A DNA stretch of 61,677 nucleotides, the filler included, from Sphacelaria rigidula (Eukaryota): the NCBI GenBank assembly GCA_964200075.2. It is 9 parts of 9 records of this genome, joined end to end, with 100 filler letters (N's around TTAATTAATTAA, not from the genome) between each part and the next. Parts side by side here need not be neighbours in the genome. Positions count along the whole stretch, not along the records: positions 48,052 to 54,814 come from CAXNAA020018199.1; positions 54,915 to 61,677 come from CAXNAA020018200.1; 7 more parts are not named here. One strand, 5' to 3'. Both the position numbers and the translations under genes were made by a program. Shown piece after piece: positions 50,266 through 61,677 of this stretch (position 1 is its first letter; each line of letters opens with the position of its first letter). A model generated the notes under the pieces. It did not search any database, was not told the origin of the DNA, and saw only the letters and a program-made list of their open reading frames with translations.

Positions 50266-50348
50266 ACAGAGAGAGAGACAGAGAGAGCAAGACAGAGACG
50301 GGGACAGAGAAAGTGAGACAGAGACAGACAGACAGACAGAGACAGACG
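50262..50348. repeat. (GA)/(GACA) compound microsatellite
   Basis: Seen directly. Confidence 0.85.
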
Positions 50349-51428
50349 ATTGAGTCACTCAGGGGTTTCCTCCGAAACAGGGCAAGATAATTACATGAAC
50401 GGGCAAAGAGCCCACACGAACATTGTACGAGTATGTAACCGCGACATATTCCCCCTTGGGACGGATCGTTAACGGCTAGGGGAGAGCCTTGAATCTAAGT
50501 TGCGCGTCGTCCACGTGCAGATGTGTGCTTTTTTCCAGACAGGTGAAATGCTTCGAGTCACTGTTCTCACAGATACCGATTCGGGTTTTTTACGAGCCCG
50601 AAGATGGATTGAGCAGACGGCATGGACATGTCGTATTTCCTCTGTCCCACCAAGATTAGCCCGTTTAAAAACCCTCGTTGGATAAGTCCGTGGTGAAATA
50701 CTGCGAAAATATACCCAATCACAGTTGTTTTCGACGGACGGACCTCCAACGTGTCTTCAACATATGGTTGCCACCATCAAAAAACAAAAAAAGCCCTAGG
50801 GGATCAAATGATATCATCCCTGGCGTGAAAAAATCACAAAGTGGGCTCATGTACTGAGATTTCCCGAAGAGAGCCAGAGTTTTGACCGAACTTTGGCCCA
50901 ATGTGCGATACGGGGGGTACGTACAAAGACCCTTTTCTTCGATGCTCAGACCCACGGTAATGTGCTTCGAGGTGTTGGGGACATGTGTGAGAACAAGAAG
51001 ACCCTCCAGACCCGGGGACATGATATTGTCCCCGGGATGGGCGCGTATACCCTTGAATCCGGTATGTACGGATTGCTGCGTGCTCAAATGGTGCTGTGGT
51101 GGCGGCAGACTGTGGCGGAAGACTGAAAGATGACGGTTTCGGACGGTTCTCCGAAACGCCTTGGGAACCATGCAAAAAACGTTTCTCCGAAACTCGATGG
51201 GAAGGCTGTCAACCGGTAAATTCCGGTTGTGCACGACCGACACACTCTGATCGCCGTGAGTGTAGCTGCTTGTCTATTGGGGGCTCGGCTAACACCTCGG
51301 GTTTGAGTTCTGCTCCAAACCATCACGAGAACAACGAAAAAAACGCTCGGGAAAAGCAGAAAATACGCACGAGAAATGCGGCAAAACCTCAAAACGGACT
51401 TATCTTGTGGGACAGAGGAAGTAGTTAA

Positions 51429-52945
51429 CCCTTCTGGAACCCTCCCCTCCTGCCCCCTGGCCAAACGCCTTATTATAAGAAGCCCTAACGAAGAGGAAAA
51501 CATGGAAACAGAGTAGGCCGACGGCAACCATTTTTGTAATGGAAGCCCGGAGAAGAATGTCCTCCCTGGAGAATTTGGGTTAGGTTTGTCCAACCATACC
51601 ACGCAACGGATGAAGTGTGTCCAATTATATCCATCGAGAATAATCAGCAAAACCACTATGAAACATTCCAGTCAAAAAATAGCAATGGGCTCCAGGGTCC
51701 AACCTGGCACGTTTGTATACTAGCATTTGTACATGAGGGAAGCACCGTTTTAACGGGCTGCAGCATCGGGTGGCGAGTTTGCCAAGCCACACCGTACATA
51801 CAGCACAGTAGTATGGCTGACCCAGCGAAATCCCGCCACCACATGTGGAAGGCACAGTGGGTCGTGCGGGCGGTACATGGCGGGTGTAATCGCAGGCGTC
51901 CGAACAGGCGATAAACATGTACACGGGAGGGAGCCGACGGACACCACCTACCGTTATCAGGCCAGATGAAAAACACTATAGTCAGTAAATACAGTAGGTT
52001 ACAGTAGTGACTTGCGGCTACACTCCGTGCAAGATAAATATGGGCATGTCGTGAAAAGTCGGTCACGAGAGTAGACGGCACGAGACAATAGCGGTAGCCG
52101 GCGTCATGAATGTCATGCAGCATGAAGTATGTCTATGCAACGGTCGGGAACGATCAACCCGCGGTATAGATGTGGTGGGGCAACTGTGCCTTTCGCTACG
52201 CCGTTGTGTAATAGTCAGCCCGAAGTATGATGTTGTCGGCACATACTTGGCAGAGCGCAGTTCTGTGCATGCCGCGCGTTTTACAGATATATTTTCAAAA
52301 TACAAAACAGACATGACACGAAGCAGTAAGGTATCACCCCTGGGGCGACGGCACTTGGCAGACTCTACACAGTGACGGTGCATAACTGCAGGGCACATGG
52401 CGTCTACGTCGCCTTCACCCATTTTTCAAAGGGCGGGATGGTGCTATCGGAACGTGCATGAGCGCGATGTTGTGCATGACGTGAGTCTGCAGTCGAGATT
52501 ACCTCAAACTGCTGTAAACACACCCAGCATTGTACAGGGCAGTGTCGTAGCACCCCCGGCGGCACGGAAAGGTGACTGCCTGGGATTAAATACCGCCAGT
52601 TCATACATTTAGCAAATGTGCCATCGGCGTTGCCCTTGTTGCTATGACACTGCAAAGAGTATAAACTGCAGCGGGCAGGGCGTGCAGGTCAGGCCGGAAG
52701 CATGCTTCACAGAGGCCTGCCGCGCACTGTGGTCGAGCAAGGATCTTATGGGTGTAGAAAAAAATGCGGACGGATCGCAGCAAGAAAATAGGAAACCTTC
52801 TCTTGTTCCACTTGTCACTCGTACGGGTCTGAAAAATACGCGTTTGGCCAAAGTTGTTGCGTCTAAGCTATGAACCATCAACCATATCTTGCTCAAAAAT
52901 CGTCAATTGCAAATGATCAATTTTCCATTGTGAGTTCCAAAAGGG
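51429..52945. mobile_element. Non-autonomous piggyBac-like element, copy 2 (1517 bp)
   Basis: TTAA|CCCTTCTGGAAC ... GTTCCAAAAGGG|TTAA; colinear with 15722-17236. Confidence 0.88.
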
Positions 52946-52949
52946 TTAA

Positions 52950-54790
52950 TAAGGCTCAACGAACTTGGGACACTATCATCGACAAGATCACAGCTTCTCA
53001 GGTAGTGAAGCGTCTTGCAATTCTGGGATCCCCAAGCGAGGCGTGGGATTATTTTTACGGCATTACAGTGTGTCCCCAACTGCAGAGAAAACTCGCCTAG
53101 AACAAAAATGAACTAATCTTGAGATGGGGTTGGTCAAGTCACCTCTAGTCTTTTTGAGCGCGGCAAATTTGATAAGACTGAAAAGACAGTAATATTGTGT
53201 TGTGATAGCTGAGTTTGGGGCCAAAAAGGATTGTGTGCATCGTCTATCAACAGATTTTGACATTCAAAGGGGCATACTGCTTGCAATGCCTGAGATTTAC
53301 ACTGCGACAGTAAACGTACCGTCAAATCTGCGGGTTTTCTAGAGGAAGGGTAGGATCGCCAGAAAATCATGCCCTTGCCGCTACAGGTCATGGTGCTTCC
53401 CACAGTGACGCATCGGTGGGACGACGGAACAGTGGGGGGGGGGGAGACGGTGAAGCAACCCGAATGTATGCTGCAACGGTCTCTACCACCACAACCACCA
53501 TTCCGAACCACAAAACATGAACCACAAATACACACCTCGCTCACACCATCGCTCACACCATCGCTCACACCATCAATGCTAATAACGCTGCCTGGATCGT
53601 AGTGGGCATCGCACCTAAAACCAAGAACCCGCTACTGCTTCACTCTCACAACGGTACCGCGGCCCATCAACCATACCCCGGGGCATCACCCAAATTCTTC
53701 CTCACCACAACGTCGAAACCGAAACTGCTCCTACCATTCCCAGCATTTCTCATCATGCGATGCACACCAATGCAATGAATGCTATGATGAGGGTGTTGAT
53801 TCCTATGCACGAGGTGACGGGCGAAGGAATGTTGGTCGCCGACAAGGCATCGAGATTTCAGACCCCCGGAACAGCGTGCCCCGCATCACGGGGGAAACCA
53901 CCCCCTCGTGATTACCCCTCCCGCATCTCTCACCTTCATGAAAACTTTGCGAAACGTAACGAGGATTCCGCCACCGATGACCATTTCGCCCTACAAGATG
54001 CGGGCGGTTTCGACGGTACCGGTTACACTCACTGCGTGCAAAGCTAGCCACCGCCATCTCTGAGGTCTGCGACTTACCGGTCTCCCCAGCCATATTAACC
54101 ACAGCACCCGCAACACATATACCAACCGCCTGGTGCCCACTACGCATTAACTTATCCTTAACATTACCCTTGATACACTCAACACCCCCAGCACAAACAA
54201 TATCCTCCCCAAGTCGCCTACCAACCTCCACAACCAGGCTACTGTCGCTACCGGCATCATCCCATTCTGTATTAGATACCACTGCACCCATCTCCGGCAC
54301 CGGTATCATATTACCACGACCCACATCGATAGCATCATCAGCCGGAAGCCCCCCCACCTCTCGATGCATCTACGTCGGAACATCCGCAACTGTGCATGGC
54401 GTTTTCCATGCCGCAAGGCGAGTCCCGTTTCCGGCTTGGTAATGTTGGTTAGCATGGATATGCTATGTTGTATAGTGGGAATATATGGAGGAGAAGCGTC
54501 TGAAGGAAGGAATGAATTGCCGACACTGGTGCTTCCTACTATGCCACAAGGAGTATGGATAACGTTTTTTATGTGAGAGCTCCCCCTCGTGGTGATGAGA
54601 ATGTATTTCTAGGCGATGGCGCTGTTCTCCCAGTAAGAGCCGTAGGTAGTCTCAAACTAAGATTTCACATGAAACCAACTGACGGAGCTGGAAGTACGAA
54701 CTTCTGCGTTCAGCTCGCTGGCGTGTATGTACTTGATTATATTCAGTTCAACATTTTTTCCTCGCATCAGATACAAAAAAAGAGTCATTC
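52950..54790 (+). mobile_element. Degenerate Ty1/Copia gag-protease remnant
   Basis: Gag-like KAQRTWDTII...GSPSEAW...EKTRLEQK; protease IADTGASYYAT...VFLGDGAVLPVRAVGSLKLRFH...FNIFS (DTG at 54522-54530); stops and frameshifts. Confidence 0.82.
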
Positions 54791-54952
54791 TGTACGATGG
54801 GAGGGGGGGGGGTANNNNNNNNNNNNNNNNNNNNNNNNNNNNNNNNNNNNNNNNNNNNTTAATTAATTAANNNNNNNNNNNNNNNNNNNNNNNNNNNNNN
54901 NNNNNNNNNNNNNNAAGGTATACCTTTTCTAGACCATCGCTCATAATAATAA

Positions 54953-55720
54953 CTAGTGGTAAGCCACGGCTGACGCACGTGGCAGCACCGCCGCAGGTAC
55001 CAACGACACGGTTCTCGCACGCGTGGTGGTTTGAACAAAATTGCGAGAAGCGAAAACGACGTCAACCATAGCTAATAAGTAATAAGTATAAGCAAATATG
55101 GCCTTGCAGCCCAACGGCTAACATGATGAGCGTTAGACACGCGGCCATTTGGCTATCCTCAAAATTCCTCCAGGGCGGTAAACTTTTCGAGCCTCCAGAG
55201 GAACTAAACGTCTCCGGAGGGGTGTGCGGCCCTCCAAAAAAACACTTTCTTGTAGTCTTCAGACGGATTTAACGCATCGGAACGCTTATTGTTGCGTCCG
55301 GAGGAATGCGCGGCCCTTCCAGGCCGATAGTGTTTGGTTTCCTCCAGCGGGATTGAAGGCCTGCGGGGGCTTGTTTTGCCTCTAGAGGGCCGCGCATCCC
55401 TCCGGGGGCATTTTGGGGGGTAGCCAAATGGCTGCGTGTGTAGGGGTGCTAAACGCGGGGGGGTTGCTAGCCTCCGAAAAGTGTCCGGGCTGTTTGGCGA
55501 CACTTTACTAACGATCCTGAATCATCGCTCCTTTTCCTTCGTTTCTTGCGATACACTTGATTTTAGACTACATCCTTGACAGGGAGAAATCGTGCGTCCA
55601 GTTAACGCTATTCCTATTCAGGCGCCACATACGCCTGCGCACCACCGAGACATTCCGGGGTTGATCCGTATTTCCAGGTGCTTTTCAAGCCGACTCTCAA
55701 AACCTGCAGAAGAAATGATA
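54953..55720 (-). mobile_element. Non-autonomous Helitron 3' end, second copy
   Basis: Same hairpin (54963-54983) plus CTAG|T as at 23045; inner boundary approximate. Confidence 0.75.
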
Positions 55721-56789
55721 GGCCATCATCCGATTTTTCCTGCTGAGCGCGGGGCGTGCCCTGGAAAGGGCTATAACCCCGTGGGTGCATTTGGGCTCGA
55801 AGCACACAACTCAAAAATAGCGAACACGCTCCGGCCTTGCAGTTGGTGTGAAAATAATATCAAGAGTCCACGGTTAGGACGAATCGTCACGACTACAGAG
55901 CACCAAATCTACGATTTCTTCGGCCTGATTGCCCAAAAAGGAGAAAAAAGTTGACCACTGGTCCAAGGGGTATCCACGCAACTTTTGCGCCATTCCACGT
56001 GTCTGGGCTGCGTGTAACCGGCTTGCAACGCTGAAAACAAGCCTAGGGATTGATTCGTACGACTCTACTCGACCTGCCCTTGAACTCTACCCTTACGTCC
56101 GCGAAGCAGAAAAATTATATGAGCACCCGGGTGCATCGTCGACCCCTGTGCAACCTAGGATTATGGCAAAAATACTTGTGGCTGGACAGTGCCGCATGAC
56201 CACCCCGACCGTGATGACATGGATCACACTTTCAATGCAGAGCCAGAACAATCCACGCAGAGTACAGGAGTTCAGGAACATGCTGCTGTACTCTCTCCCA
56301 GGATCCTTTTCATCGAACGGGATTTCCCCCCCCTTTTTTGAAAACCTCTTCCTTTAAAAACGATCGATGATCGGTCGGAGGCATTTTGGGGGTAGCCAAA
56401 CGGCCGCGTGTGCCCTGAGGGGGTCCAAAAAATGGAAGGGTACAGTATAGGTGTGCGGCATTCTGTTTCCTCGTGCACCCCTGCATCGATCATGATTATT
56501 TGTTGGCTCAATCAAGTTAAATCAACCCCTTTTCGACATTATTCTTTTGAAAAACGATCGCTGAGTGGTCGCTGCGATACCACCCGCCCCCCCAGAAAAA
56601 TCCTTCAGGAAGCGCAGGAAGAGCACTTCCTGAAATCCTCTTTTGAAGAGGGATTTGCAGACACATTGACGGGGAACATACATGTCTGGTTGAGAGGAGC
56701 GCACGTGCAAAGGCTTACCACACAACCCAACACAATCAGAGCTATCCCGAGGAATAACAACACGATTCAGTTCGTTCTACATCAAAATA

Positions 56790-56902
56790 AACTCCTGTGT
56801 TGACCTTCCTCCTGTGTGACCCCGGCTGATGCGCCCACTTATACCGAAAGGTGTAGACCGGCGTCCAGAATAGATGGGAAAACAACACACAAAACACACA
56901 AC
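56790..56902 (+). mobile_element. SINE 3' fragment with CA-rich tail; another at 61620-61677 (-)
   Basis: ctcctgtgttgaccttcctcctgtgtgaccccggctgatgcgcccac...ccagaatagatggg. Confidence 0.8.
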
Positions 56903-57689
56903 GTATATGCAGACGGTAAAGTTTGTCCGTTCAAGGCTTCGAAAACCACAACACTGCAAATAACCACATTCTTTGGATTGAAGATCGCTTTCCGTCGGAA
57001 GCGATGATGAAATCATAACCACGGGTCTCCAAATAGGAAGCGATGATAAAGCATGATGCAACATACATACGGATGATAGATGCAGTACACAATTGCCAGC
57101 CATAGAGGAATAGCCACACCACGCCACAAGCCAAGAGTGTAGCGTCGATAAGTAGTGACATAGTGGAAAATGAGCGATGACGCGGGCGCAGGAAGGGCAG
57201 GCGCAGGAAGGGCTGAAGTGAGAGAACCCACCTCCAGGCGCAAAGCTATGATCAGGTGTTTGGTGAATACCACCCGTGACTGTAAAGAAAATCGCGCTCA
57301 TCTTGGGACAGCGCGATGCGAGCTGCAGAGTCTGTCGGCAATGTGTGCAGTGCGAACAACCGGTGAAATGTTTCGTATTGGATTTACTGTCCGTCTTGGC
57401 AGCGTGTAGCGAAGGTGGGCTCATATTATCGTCTCTTGTGTGCGTGGAGTATTGTCGGGGTATGATACAGTTGACGGTCACAGCGAACAGCATATGTCAC
57501 GTTCTCTACAACAGTACAGCCAGTAAGTACCGCGTAGTACCGACACAGAAGTGACTTTTGAACTTCTCCCACACTTGATTACTCCGCAGTCGGAGAGGGG
57601 TGTGGAGATAGCAACGTGATAAATGAAGGACGCTATTCCGTCAAGAGCTCACCCGAGCAAACAGGCAGACACCCACATAACCTTGGACT

Positions 57690-58270
57690 TCATAATCTGT
57701 GTCGTGGTGAGACTGTAGCGAAGGTGCTCTTTTTCAATTTCTCGAGAAAGGCAAGTAGGAGGCGATGCCGCCGCCGGCGGCCAGAATACAACGTTGGAAT
57801 ATTTGAGTTGCAACAACCTGTAATACTGTTCGATGTATCTTCCCACGGTATTCTGTTGAGCAGCATAACCAAGAAACAAAAGCACATGTAATGGGTCCTC
57901 ATTACATGTTGTCTGTTTCAGGAAACACGACGCGGTTGCTCCTGGGTGGTGCTGTTTCATAATCTGTGTCGTGGTGAGCACTGTACCGCAGGTGCTCTTT
58001 TTCGCGACAGGCGATGCCGCCGCAGGCCACAGGCCACAATAGAATTGTTGATGTGTTCCCACGGTATGGTGCCGCAAGCGACGAAAATAATTCCATGGTG
58101 GATGTTGGAGGCGCAGTCCAACAATTCGATAGTGAAAGCGTGTATAAAAAGAGGCCACAATAGAATTGTTGACATGTTCCCACGATATGGTGCCGGAAGC
58201 GACGAAAATAATTCCATGGTGGGTGGTGGAGGCGCAGTCCAACAATTCGATAGTGAAAGCGTGTATAAAA
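57690..58270. repeat. Nested local duplications, including a 121-bp tandem pair (58031/58152)
   Basis: cataatctgtgtcgtggtgag at 57691 and 57958; aggccacaatagaattgttga at 58031 and 58152. Confidence 0.85.
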
Positions 58271-58748
58271 TAGTGTTCCGATAAGGATCATCTGTGACTT
58301 GGTTAGAGTATGGGAAATCCAGACAGCAAGCGCTCGATCGCAGTGTGCGAGCGGGGTGACATTATGTCATTAATGAATAGGGTAGGATAAATGATGGAAA
58401 CAATAATAATAATCCCCAGGGGAACATGCACAGATGCGTGGGTCGGACGAATAACCATTTGTCTGAGAATCACTTGCTTTCAGTTTAGCTGATTTGTACC
58501 GCACATATCATCAACCCTTGTGCTTCGTCTGCAGCCTTGTACCCCGGGTACGCGCACCCCAGGCAGGGTCGTGGAATAGCGCAAGAATAGCCTAGATACG
58601 TTTTTGACCCGCGATCAGCGTGTTTCTGTCTTTCGATTAATTAGGGCTCAGAAAACGTAGATTTCGTGATTTGAAGCGGCTACAATTCGTCCGACCGTTG
58701 CAAAGGTGTGACACTGACACACTGTCGCACAACCCAAGACAACCACAC

Positions 58749-58919
58749 CTGAATCTGAGAGACCGATCCACTGCAGCCGCGAACTGAAAATGTGCAGCTC
58801 GTGGTGCTTGTCTCCGGAGTCCTGCTTATCCGATAGGGGGGGGGGGGATTTCTGGTAATTTCTTCCACGAAACTCGACTTCAAATCGTCGTTGAAAGCAG
58901 CAAACGCTTGTTCGAACGC
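58749..58919 (-). CDS. Possible internal exon (AFEQAFAAFNDDLKSSFVEEITRNPP...)
   Basis: cag acceptor, CAG|gtgtgg donor, 171 nt open; frame after the C-homopolymer uncertain. Confidence 0.3.
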
Positions 58920-59066
58920 CTGTTACGGACAGTAACGCTCATCCATACTGATGCACACCGTCTATACCCAAGTACAGGCGCACCGCGAGTGTATTAGGTC
59001 GTTCACACCTATGAGCCCTTTTTGTCGTGGGATCAAACATCCCGCCACCCCCACCCTCCCCCCGAT

Positions 59067-59206
59067 CCGCGCTTGGTGATGGATTGCGAGTCTGGTCCGG
59101 CCCAAACCCAGCGTGCTTTGCCCCGTGGTTTCAGGGATGCGAGGTCAATTGTCTTATGACTACGACATGCAAGATCATGAGTACACCCCCCCCCCCCACC
59201 CCCCCT
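59067..59206 (+). mobile_element. Short diverged LINE 3' fragment between C-runs
   Basis: agggatgcgaggtcaat...atgagtaca(c)n matches the LINE terminus. Confidence 0.6.
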
Positions 59207-59513
59207 GTCGTAGCGTAACCCTTTGGTCTAATCTGTCTTTGCATGAGAAATAATCATCTGTGTCAGACGTACGCCAAGGACACACACACGCACACACACA
59301 CACGCACAGGTGCTCAGCAACGGTAGGCTTTCGGTTGTAAAATGACGCGCACTTGACCGGCCTTTTTCCAATCCTAAATAAATTTCCGTCGAACACTGAT
59401 GTGCGCAGATGAGCAAGGGCATGTGGTGGATGATGGGGCTAACGCACGTAAGTGTACCAACGACTACTGGAGCCGCCGAATCTTCGAACTCGTGCGCGGA
59501 TCTGGCTTGTATT

Positions 59514-59795
59514 GGGACGAAAAAGGTGGAGTTTTCACCAGACCTTCCCACGGAGAAAATTTACGGGAATTCTCATTCTGTGGAAGCCGACGGAACGGGA
59601 CCGGGAAGTCCCGTTCCATAAAAAACGACGGCACGACACGGGGAGTATGCCCATGAAACACGACTGGACGTGGACGGAACTTTCTCGTCCCGTCAATTGT
59701 CACGGGAAGGAACATATGTCCCGTGATACTTCCGCACTGTCACGGAGAATGAAAATCGTCCCGTGACATTCCCGTCCCGTCCCGTCCCATACCGT
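59514..59795. repeat. GGGAC/GTCCC-rich interspersed repeat; related copy at ~61360-61606
   Basis: Clusters of cgggacgg and ccgtcccg in opposite orientations. Confidence 0.55.
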
Positions 59796-60066
59796 CGTTG
59801 AGGAAAATGTGTACAGGGTGGTCATCACGCAAAATTGTGTCCTCAGCAAATGCCGTCCGCACTACCTACCCAATATTCGCACACTTTCGATGGACGATTG
59901 TTTTTTACTTCTTAAATTTTTCTACTGCTAATCGGGGATCCGACAGGATCCGAGTTCCCCCGAAAACCCTGGGACCCTCGTATAACAGTGAAATGTAAAA
60001 AAATATGTTAAAATGTTCGTTCATCGTCAGTTGCAAAGTGACACATAGCAAAAATGTGCAAAATTC

Positions 60067-60609
60067 CAAGGTTGTGTTCTGTAGGGTACGGGTATGTTCT
60101 GTACTGTATGGGATTCCTTACAGAACTTACATAAATATCGGGTATCGGTATAAAAGTCATACAGAAGTTACACAACTGTCGGGTGTCGGTTTTAAAGTCT
60201 TACAAAAATTACAGAACTTGTCGGGTACGGTTCGGGAGGCTCACAGAAAGCCGTACCGGCAATCGGGTATTTTTTTAAGGGCATACCCGCGCTCCGGGTA
60301 CGGGCATTCAATATGTACAGAAGTCACAGAACTGTTGGGTAAGGGTATGGGAGGCGTATAAAACTCACAGAAACTGTCGGGCAGGGTATGTTGGCTGCAC
60401 AGAAAACCGTACCCGCAATTGGGTGTCTTGTCAAGAGCATACCTGTGTCCCCGGTAACGGTACGTGAGGCTTACAGGGGGGTAGGGGTATGAAAGTCTTA
60501 CAGACTTCACAGAACTGTCAGGTACCGGTACCAAAGTGTCGGGTACGGTAAAAACCCAGGAAAATACCCCGGGCACACAGAAAACCGTACCCTACAGAAC
60601 CCAACCATG
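60067..60609. mobile_element. hAT-type MITE (543 bp) with internal acagaact/gggtac repeats
   Basis: CAAGGTTGTGTTCTGTAGGGTACGG ... CCGTACCCTACAGAACCCAACCATG; 8-bp TSD caaaattc/cagaattc (7/8). Confidence 0.8.
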
Positions 60610-61677
60610 CAGAATTCCAGGGTCAAACTCGTAAAATACCGCGTGTAGTTTTACGGATGATTAATTTTAGTTCGATAAGCGTGAACCAGCCTATACCCTC
60701 ATAAGGCCACTTCCCAAGTGTAGAAAAAATATCTTGTTGACAAGTGCCTTGTTGGCCTTTCTCCTTCCTTTTTCGCCCGAAAAGAGGTTTAGGCAAACGT
60801 TGACATCTTGGAATGACTGGCTCTACTCGTTGCAACCGTTCCAGAGAGCCCTTTGCGTTTTCTATAGGTCACAATGTTCTTTTTAACCAAACTTACATTT
60901 TCAACAAGAAACGGTCCGGATATAAAAAAAACTGGAAAGTTTCCACCTGTTTTTTTTATAACCTGACCGTTTGTTGTTGAAAATGCAAGTTTGGTCAAAA
61001 GCAAAACTGCGATCTACGGAAAACGCAAATGTGCCATGTAACGGTCTCGGCGAGTAGAGCAAGTTATTTCAAGGTGTCGACATTCGCCAAGCCCTCTTTT
61101 CGGGCGAAAAACGACATAGAAGGGCCAGAAAAGCAGTTTTCGACAAGAGTTTTTCTTCAATACATAAGAAGTGGCCTAACCCCGAAATATGTGCCTTTGA
61201 GGGCAATATTTTGTGCAAGCAATGCCTTGACGCATCAAAAGAAAACACATCGCAGATTTCATTTTGTCTGCAAGGTGCATGACTCACATCTGGCAATGAT
61301 CCGAGAAATACGCCCAAAGTACCTTCAATTTCCCTCGAGATTGGACAGGATTTTTCGCTCCAGTGACGGAAAACATCAACCAGCGTCCCGTGATGACAAG
61401 GCGGGAAAGGGAAAACCCGGGGCGGGGTCGAGACGGGACGGCGACGCTTCCTTTCCCCCTCAAAAAACGACGGAGTGGGACGGGAGAACTGCCCCCGAGA
61501 AAACGACGGGACGAGGGAATCATCCCGTCCCGTCGTTTTTGCCGGGAGACGTTTTCCCCGTGGAACATCCTGGTTTACACGGACTGATCGTAAATTTCCA
61601 TCGTTGAAACACCATTTGAGTGTATTGTGTTGTGTGTGTGTTGTCGTCCCATTTATTCTGGGCACCAGTCTACACCT

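Noticed and set aside
59409..59447. 39-nt micro-exon (cag...gtaagt)
   Set aside because: Good splice motifs but too short, frame ambiguous, and opposite strand to the neighbouring candidate exon.

Overview
This is eukaryotic nuclear DNA, not a contiguous locus. It is nine unrelated contigs (6765, 6765, 6765, 6764, 6764, 6764, 6764, 6763, 6763 bp, i.e. size-sorted) joined by an artificial 100-nt spacer (44 N + TTAATTAATTAA + 44 N). The sparse GT-AG exons and the repeat landscape suggest a brown alga (Phaeophyceae); this is an inference. Most of the sequence is intron/intergenic DNA filled with transposon remnants: two ~1.5-kb non-autonomous piggyBac-like elements (one apparently inserted in a Ty1/Copia gag-protease relic), several Tc1/mariner-, Harbinger- and hAT-type MITEs with TSDs, Helitron 3' ends, a tRNA-derived SINE family with (CA)n tails, and 3' fragments of an RTE/RTEX-like LINE. 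Host coding content is a few isolated exons: the 3' end of a Translin/TRAX-family gene, one 2.7-kb low-complexity exon and several unassigned exons. I found no convincing new multi-gene system. The most unusual signals are a LINE whose copies end at, and are often bracketed by, poly(C) tracts; two adjacent old long palindromes, one interrupted by a later MITE; a mariner-type MITE carrying an internal tRNA-like module; and a tandemly duplicated 58-nt exon. All alignments were made by eye.
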